Source: an uncultured Bacteroidaceae bacterium
Lineage (GTDB): Bacteria; CAIWAD01
Direction: 5' to 3'
DNA length: 64,000 nucleotides
NCBI GenBank assembly: GCA_964568855.1
Contig: CAZMSD010000001.1
Location: 75,197 to 139,196 of the forward strand
The translations under genes were made by a program, and so were the position numbers. The notes beneath the pieces were generated by a model that had not been told where the DNA came from, made no database searches, and was given only the letters and a program-made list of their open reading frames with translations. Shown one piece after another: positions 58,346-64,000 of the stretch. Position 1 is the stretch's first letter. Each line of letters starts with the position of its first letter.

Positions 58346-58414
58346 AAGGCCTGTCGCGGGCACAAGAAAGGGAATCCGGAGCTCCCCGTCAAGCGCTCGC
58401 CTAAGCGATTCCGA

Positions 58415-58487
58415 TGGAGCATAGCGGGATCGAACCGCTGACCTCTTGACTGCCAGTCAAGCGCTCTCCCAGCTGAGCTAATGCCCC
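58415..58487 (-). tRNA. tRNA-Ala: tRNA-Ala (anticodon GGC)
   Basis: Acceptor GGGGCAT/ATGCTCC with the G3:U70 wobble pair that defines Ala identity; anticodon loop CTGGCAG; T-arm AGCGG-TTCGATC-CCGCT. Confidence 0.85.
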
Positions 58488-58530
58488 GACGAACGAAAGA
58501 CTTCAATTTTATCGCTTCCGGCACTCAATG

Positions 58531-61248
58531 TCAAGGCGTCCCGGATGGCGTCTCGGGGCGGTCTTCAACGGCGGTGTCAGCCGGCAGGTCCGCGCCCAGC
58601 TCGCTTAAGATCCGGGTAATCTCGCGTACGCCCTCTATCACCTGCCGGATCGAGCGCTCATCCGGTCGCGCCCCGTGGAGCAGCAGTTCTCCCCGCCCGC
58701 TGATGACCTGCAGGTGCTGGGCGATGCGGCCGAAGATGTCCTTGGCCACCCGCATCCGCAGGCGCCGGTGCTCTTCCGCAAGGATCCTGCGATCGATCAT
58801 GTTCTCGAGCAGGATCATCACGTAGTGCTCGCCCTCCTCGAGCCGGGCGGGCAGGATGCTCAGCTTGTGCAGCGCGCTGGACTCGGCGCCGGCGTACTTG
58901 AGCCAGATGTCGTTGATCGTCACCGGCTCCCCGGTCTGTTCCACGTGGGTCAGGGCGTTGCTGAGGCGCGGGTTGTCCAGGATCGGCACGGCGTTGAAGA
59001 TGCCCCGGCCCAGGCAGCGGTCCTCGTCCAGGTCGAGCATCTCCGCGGCCAGCCGGTTGATCTGCACGACCTTGAGCTGGGAATCCACCATTACGGCCCC
59101 GCGGGTGGGGTGCTCGATGCTGCGCCGGTTGAACTCCTGCATGATCCGCAGGTCCCGAGCGCTGCGCACGAATTCGCGGCGCACTTCGCGTGATACACGC
59201 TCCAGCTCGTCGTGGATGCTCGACTCCCGGGCCTCCCCGGCCGGTTCCCCGCTGAGCAGGCGGAAGCGCTTGGTGAAGGCCTTCTCGACGCACTGACGAA
59301 TCTCCTCGGCGCCGTAGGGTTTGACGATGTAGTCGTCCGCGCCCAGGCGGATGGCCTCCACCGCTGACTGGATCTCGTCCACGACCGTGATCACGATCAC
59401 CGGCAGCAGCGGATCCCGCTCCTTGAGCCGCTTGAGCAGTTCGAGGCTCTGGATGCCCTCCAGCTCGAGATCGAGGATCACCAGGTCGGGCGAGAGGGTC
59501 CGCGTGGCGCTGAGGGCTTTGTTGCCGTCATGACTGAGCAGGGTCTTGTAGCCCATGCCGTCGAACAGGCCGGCCAGGGCCAGGTGCTCTCCGTCCGCCC
59601 CTCCGGCCAGCAGGATGTGGAAGCCGAGCTTGCTGCTCAAGGGTCGCTGCTCGCGGGCGCCGCCCAGCGAGTCGGCCATGCGGAAGAGGAATTCGCTGCT
59701 GGAACTCAACCGCTCCCGGTCGGCCGTATCCTCGGGCGGTGTGTCACCGGTCGAGGTCGAAGGCTTGACGCCCTGGGGCGAGTAAATGCTGACCCTGTTC
59801 CTGCCGCCCTCCTTGGAGACGAAGAGCGCGGTATCGGCGCGGCGGATCACCTCCTCGACGGTGTGCTTGCGCCCGTGACACGTGGCCAGCCCGGTGGAGA
59901 CGGTCAGGCGGCCCACACCGCCGCCGGTGCGCCCCAGGTCGAGCCGTTCGACCATCAGCCGGATCCGCTCGGCCACGTAGTTCGCGCCCTGCTCGTCCGT
60001 GTCGGGCAGCAGCACCGCGAATTCCTCTCCGCCGAAGCGTCCCACCACGTCGACCTCGCGCAGGCAGGCGCGGATCACCTGCGAGACCATCTTGAGCACT
60101 TCGTCGCCCACCAGGTGGCCGTAGGTGTCGTTGTACACCTTGAAATGGTCGATGTCGATCATCAACAGGGAAAGCGGCTGGCTGCGGCGCTCGCTGCGCA
60201 CCAGCTCCTCCTCGAAACGCTGGACCCAGTAGGTGCGGTTGTAGACCTGGGTCAGCGGATCGATGAAGGCCAATTGCTGCAATTCGCGCATCGCCCGCGC
60301 CTGGTCGATGGCGATCGTGGCCTCCTGGGAGAGCAGGATCAGCAGCCGGAAGGTCCGCTGGTGCATTCGCGGGTATTCGACGTTGAGCAGGTACAGCCGG
60401 CCTAGGATGCGGTAACCGAAGACCAGCGGAACCACCATGCAGGACCGGGCGAGCGCGTGATCGGCGAGCAGGCGCAGCGGATGGCCGGAGGGCAGCACGT
60501 CGAGGTCCTCGTGATACTCAGGTTCGGCCTGAGAGAAGAAATCGTGGCCGGAACAGTCCTTGAGATCCTCGATGGCCTGCTCCAGCAGTCCGCCGTCCAG
60601 GTTGTGGCCCGCCCAGGAGTGGTATTTCCTGCCGCTGGGCTCGAAGACCGTGGCGAACGACGATTCGCAGCCCGTCAGCTCGCGGGCGCAGGACAGCAGC
60701 AACTCGAGGATCTTCGACAACTCGCGCGTCGAGCCGAAGATCCTCGAGAAGGCCAGCACGCGGTCCTGCTCGTTGATCCGCTCGTCGCGCTCGCTGCCCA
60801 CGCGCTCCACCTCGAGGATCTGCGACACGCTGCGGGAGAACGAGATAGCCGTGTCACGCAGCTCGTCGCCCCACTCCCGTCCGCCCTTGCGGGACAGGTT
60901 GAGCGTACCGACCACTCCCCGGCCGGTGGTCAGGGGCATGATCAGCGATTCGTCGAGTGGCAGACCGTCCTCCCGGGATCCCTGCATATGCACCGGCTGG
61001 CCCTCGACGAGCACCCTGCCGGCGACGCCCTCCCCGGGAGCCACCTTCGTGTTGCGTACGACATCGTCGGGAAGGCCGCGGGCGTGACGGATCCGCAGCA
61101 CGCGTCCGGCGCCGTCCAGCAGCATGATCGAACCGCGCTGGCCGCCCACCAGGCCCAGGGCTGAGTCCAGCATGGTGTCGAGCAGGCTCATCAGTCCGCC
61201 CGGCGGCTCGCCGTTCTTCCCGCGCCGCTGTTCGCGTTCCTGCATCAC
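58531..61248 (-). CDS. multidomain diguanylate cyclase: GAF-GAF-GGDEF-REC-PAS
   Basis: GGEEF active-site motif (RFGGEEFAVLL). N-terminal GAF-like regions. Internal receiver domain (LVILDLEL...VITVVDEI...IVKPY). C-terminal PAS-like region. Confidence 0.8.
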   Translation of the reverse strand: MMQEREQRRGKNGEPPGGLMSLLDTMLDSALGLVGGQRGSIMLLDGAGRVLRIRHARGLPDDVVRNTKVAPGEGVAGRVLVEGQPVHMQGSREDGLPLDESLIMPLTTGRGVVGTLNLSRKGGREWGDELRDTAISFSRSVSQILEVERVGSERDERINEQDRVLAFSRIFGSTRELSKILELLLSCARELTGCESSFATVFEPSGRKYHSWAGHNLDGGLLEQAIEDLKDCSGHDFFSQAEPEYHEDLDVLPSGHPLRLLADHALARSCMVVPLVFGYRILGRLYLLNVEYPRMHQRTFRLLILLSQEATIAIDQARAMRELQQLAFIDPLTQVYNRTYWVQRFEEELVRSERRSQPLSLLMIDIDHFKVYNDTYGHLVGDEVLKMVSQVIRACLREVDVVGRFGGEEFAVLLPDTDEQGANYVAERIRLMVERLDLGRTGGGVGRLTVSTGLATCHGRKHTVEEVIRRADTALFVSKEGGRNRVSIYSPQGVKPSTSTGDTPPEDTADRERLSSSSEFLFRMADSLGGAREQRPLSSKLGFHILLAGGADGEHLALAGLFDGMGYKTLLSHDGNKALSATRTLSPDLVILDLELEGIQSLELLKRLKERDPLLPVIVITVVDEIQSAVEAIRLGADDYIVKPYGAEEIRQCVEKAFTKRFRLLSGEPAGEARESSIHDELERVSREVRREFVRSARDLRIMQEFNRRSIEHPTRGAVMVDSQLKVVQINRLAAEMLDLDEDRCLGRGIFNAVPILDNPRLSNALTHVEQTGEPVTINDIWLKYAGAESSALHKLSILPARLEEGEHYVMILLENMIDRRILAEEHRRLRMRVAKDIFGRIAQHLQVISGRGELLLHGARPDERSIRQVIEGVREITRILSELGADLPADTAVEDRPETPSGTP

Positions 61249-61251
61249 GGC

Positions 61252-62649
61252 TCAGCCCTGTTCCTTCTCTACCTTCTCTTCCTCTTCGTTGTCGCGCAGG
61301 CCCAGCTTGACCATCTTGGAGTACAAAGTGCCGCGGCTGATCTCCATCAGCTTGGCCGTCTGGGAGAGGTTCCATTTCGTCAGGTTGAGGCAATGGGTAA
61401 TCAGCGCCGACTCGGTTTCCTGAAGGCTGAGCGACTTCAGCTTCAGGTTGTAGCCGTCCTGGCGCGAATCGCCGATCATGTCGCTGGCAATGTCGGCGAT
61501 GTTCAACTGGCGGCTTTCGCAGAACACCACGGCCCGCTCGATCACGTTTCGCAGCTCGCGGATGTTGCCGGGCCAGTCGTAGTTCATCAGCTCGGTCATC
61601 GCCGATTTCGAGATCTTCTCGATGCGCTTGCCCATCTCCTCGCAGAACTCGCGCAGGAAATGGTTGGTCAGCAGCGGAATGTCCTCGCGGCGCTCGCGCA
61701 ACGGGGGGATGTGGATCGGTATCACGTTCAGTCTGTAATACAGGTCCTCGCGGAACTTGGAGTCCTGGATCATCTGGCGGATGTTGCGGTGGGTGGCGGC
61801 GATCAGCCGCACGTCGACGGTGATGGTGTCCGTGCCGCCTACCCGCTCGAACTCCTTGGTTTGTAACACGCGAACCAGCTTGGTCTGCGTGTGCAGCGGG
61901 ATGTCGCCCACCTCGTCGAGAAACAGGGTGCCCGTGTTGGCCAGCTCGAAGCGCCCCTTGCGCTGTTCCACCGCGTGTGTGAAGGCCCCCCGCTCGTGGC
62001 CGAAGAGCTCCGATTCGAGCACGCCCTCGCCGAAGCTGGCGCAGCTGGTCTTGATGAACGGCCGGTTGGCCCGGTTGCTGAAATAGTGCACTACGTGAGC
62101 CACGAGCTCCTTGCCAGTCCCCGATTCGCCTGTGACCAGGATACTGGCGTTGGACTTCGCCGCCGTGGCCACCTTCTTGAACACGTCCATCAGGGCTTCG
62201 CTGTTGCCGACGATGGAGTCGAAACCGTAAGTCGCGGAAAGCTCCGTCATGAAGGCCGAGTCGCGGAAGGGCCCGTGCATGAGTTCGTCCAGGCGGTTGA
62301 TCGTCTCCAGCGCCTCCTCCGGCTGGAAGGGCTTGAGAATGAAGTCGTATGCGCCCATGCGCATCGCCTGGACTGCACTCTCGATGGAACCGTGACCGGT
62401 GAGCACGATGGTGCTTAGACTCGGCCAGCGCTCGCTGACCGTCTCGAGCAGCTCGATGCCCGACATCTTGGGCATCTTCAGGTCGGTGATCATCAGGTCG
62501 TAGCCGGGTTCCTTCTCGAGGCGCATCAGAGCCTCGGCGCCGGAGCTGGCGGTAGCCACCTGAAAGCGCTCGGCGCGTAATACATCCCCGAGCGATTCGA
62601 GCATGTTTATTTCGTCGTCTACCAGCAGAATGCGCAAGCGTTGCGTCAT
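61252..62649 (-). CDS. sigma-54-dependent response regulator (NtrC/AtoC family)
   Basis: Receiver (ILLVDDE...ITDLKMP), AAA+ sigma54-interaction domain (GESGTGKE, GAFTHA variant of the GAFTGA loop, DxxL...RxR) and C-terminal Fis-type HTH. Confidence 0.9.
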   Translation of the reverse strand: MTQRLRILLVDDEINMLESLGDVLRAERFQVATASSGAEALMRLEKEPGYDLMITDLKMPKMSGIELLETVSERWPSLSTIVLTGHGSIESAVQAMRMGAYDFILKPFQPEEALETINRLDELMHGPFRDSAFMTELSATYGFDSIVGNSEALMDVFKKVATAAKSNASILVTGESGTGKELVAHVVHYFSNRANRPFIKTSCASFGEGVLESELFGHERGAFTHAVEQRKGRFELANTGTLFLDEVGDIPLHTQTKLVRVLQTKEFERVGGTDTITVDVRLIAATHRNIRQMIQDSKFREDLYYRLNVIPIHIPPLRERREDIPLLTNHFLREFCEEMGKRIEKISKSAMTELMNYDWPGNIRELRNVIERAVVFCESRQLNIADIASDMIGDSRQDGYNLKLKSLSLQETESALITHCLNLTKWNLSQTAKLMEISRGTLYSKMVKLGLRDNEEEEKVEKEQG

Positions 62650-62665
62650 GGAATCCTCTTGACTT

Positions 62666-63973
62666 CTATTGTCCGGCCGGCAGGTAGATCCGCACGGTGG
62701 TGCCCGCGCCGGGAACGCTCTCGATGCTCAGGTCCCCGCCCGCTCGCTTGATGAAGGAGTGGGTCAGCGAGAGGCCCAGCCCCGTGCCCACACCCGGGTC
62801 CTTCGTCGTGAAAAAGGGATTGAGGACGTTGGCCATGTCCTCCTTGTTGATGCCCTGTCCGGTGTCCTCGAAACTGAGCCTGATCCGCTCCTCGTCGCGG
62901 TTGCTGCGGATGCGCAGGGTTCCGCCCTCGGGCATCGCCTGGGTGGAGTTGAGAATGATGTTCAGGAAAGCCTGCTTGAGTTCGTCCACGTTGAGGTGCA
63001 GCGAGGGCAGCGCGGCAAGTTCGGTTTCCAGCTGGATGTTGTTCACCAGCAGCTCTTTCTTGACCAGGTCGAGTGTGACACGCAGCAGGTCGTTCAGGTC
63101 CACCAGCTCCCGGTCGTGGCTGGAGACGCGGGAGAAGGACAGCAGGTTCTCGATGATCTTCTGCGAGCGGGAGACTTCGTTCTTGATGATCCCCAGGTGC
63201 TTGCGCAACTGGTCGCTCTGCGGAAGATCTTCCTTCTCCATCACCGAGTTGACGTAATACAAGGAAGAATTGATGATCCCCAGCGGATTGCGCAGTTCGT
63301 GGGCGATGCCCGCCGACAACTGGCCCAGCCCGGCCAGCTTCTGGCTCTGGATCAGCGAGAACTCCAGGGCCTGCTTCTCCGTCACGTCGCGGTAGAAGCT
63401 CTGCAGCACCGGCCGTCCGTCGAACTCGCTGAACATTGAGTCGTACTCGACGTAGACCGTCGCCCCGTCCTTGCGCAGCAGCGGTATGTTTTCGAAGGAA
63501 GTGGCCTCGCGGCGCACGGTTTTCAGCCAGTTGCGACGGGCCGTATCACGGAAGTCCGCGGCGCGGATCTCCCAGATGCGGCGTCCCACCAGCTCGCTGC
63601 TGGAGTAGCCCGTGAGGCGCTCGGCCTCCCGGTTGACGTCCAGGATGCGGCCGTCCTCCAGGTCGACGATGATGATCGAGTACTTGGCGTTTTCGTAGAG
63701 CGTGCGGTACTTCTCCTCGGTCCGCCTGACCTGTCGCTCCAGCTCGAGCTCGTCCAGCGAGAGGGCCACCTGGCGCAGCATCATCTCCACGATGCGCACC
63801 TGGGCTTCGTTGGGGATCTTGCTGTCGCGGCTGCCCTCCAGCCGCAGGCGGCCCATCACACCGCTGTCCCGACCCTCGATCGGCATCAGCAGGTAGGCGT
63901 CCGCCTCCCATTGCTCGGGCTGGAAATCCGCCTCCCGTGAGGGAAAGACCAGGGTAGCCCCCGCGCGCTCCAT
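62666..63973 (-). CDS. sensor histidine kinase with PAS domain (HisKA + HATPase_c); 5' end may extend beyond the window
   Basis: H-box IAHELRNPL, N/G1/G2 boxes (NIILNSTQAM...DTGQGI...GTGLGLS), PAS region. No in-frame stop between the first M and the window edge. Confidence 0.8.
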   Translation of the reverse strand: MERAGATLVFPSREADFQPEQWEADAYLLMPIEGRDSGVMGRLRLEGSRDSKIPNEAQVRIVEMMLRQVALSLDELELERQVRRTEEKYRTLYENAKYSIIIVDLEDGRILDVNREAERLTGYSSSELVGRRIWEIRAADFRDTARRNWLKTVRREATSFENIPLLRKDGATVYVEYDSMFSEFDGRPVLQSFYRDVTEKQALEFSLIQSQKLAGLGQLSAGIAHELRNPLGIINSSLYYVNSVMEKEDLPQSDQLRKHLGIIKNEVSRSQKIIENLLSFSRVSSHDRELVDLNDLLRVTLDLVKKELLVNNIQLETELAALPSLHLNVDELKQAFLNIILNSTQAMPEGGTLRIRSNRDEERIRLSFEDTGQGINKEDMANVLNPFFTTKDPGVGTGLGLSLTHSFIKRAGGDLSIESVPGAGTTVRIYLPAGQ

Positions 63974-64000
63974 CGTGCAGGGCCCCGGTTGCTCGCATCG

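Noticed and set aside
58145-58524. ORFs 58145..58363(-), 58235..58441(+), 58336..58524(-), 58481..58825(+)
   Set aside because: They overlap the three tRNA genes and start with TTG/GTG. Their translations contain tRNA-derived peptides (e.g. SNPVSRF). They are artefacts of scanning structural RNA.

Overview
This is a 64 kb window of high-GC (~67-68%) bacterial DNA, densely coding, with about 80% of genes on the minus strand. It is probably from a metagenome-assembled genome.

Three secreted proteins end in a Bacteroidota-style type IX secretion C-terminal sorting domain. I infer (not verified) an FCB-group lineage such as Gemmatimonadota or Eisenbacteria.

Gene content in order:
- the 5' end of a 2-oxoacid:ferredoxin oxidoreductase operon (delta and alpha subunits);
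- an M16 insulinase-type peptidase;
- an SGNH-like hydrolase with a T9SS tail;
- a gluzincin peptidase translationally coupled to a GNAT;
- a secreted beta-helix protein;
- asnA;
- a three-domain CoA-transferase/GNAT/HDAC fusion next to acetyl-CoA synthetase and an OFA-family MFS transporter;
- a secreted hypothetical and an outer-membrane beta-barrel sharing a bidirectional terminator;
- an acr3-arsC arsenic islet (acr3 has an apparent N-terminal frameshift);
- a complete, translationally coupled classical menaquinone operon (menF-D-H-B-A-C-E) preceded by a DAHP synthase and a TetR regulator, with a convergent hotdog thioesterase;
- an 850 bp non-coding stretch carrying TetR operator palindromes, a 12-bp tandem repeat and a MITE-like element with 24-bp perfect terminal inverted repeats;
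- comEC and yraN;
- a 1764-aa beta-helix plus FN3-repeat surface protein followed by an S8 subtilase with a T9SS tail;
- two BMC-H microcompartment shell genes with no BMC-P or encapsulated enzyme nearby;
- a LOG-family protein, two single-domain response regulators and a large GAF/PAS/HisKA sensor lacking an ATPase domain;
- a tRNA-Cys/Gly/Ala cluster;
- a sensor kinase, sigma54 activator and GAF-GGDEF-REC-PAS diguanylate cyclase module.

The most unusual items are the CoA-transferase/GNAT/HDAC fusion beside acs and the orphan BMC shell pair embedded in a signalling cluster. Coordinates of starts come from the supplied ORF track plus my own reading of start codons and ribosome-binding sites. 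Many long antisense ORFs in the track are high-GC artefacts.
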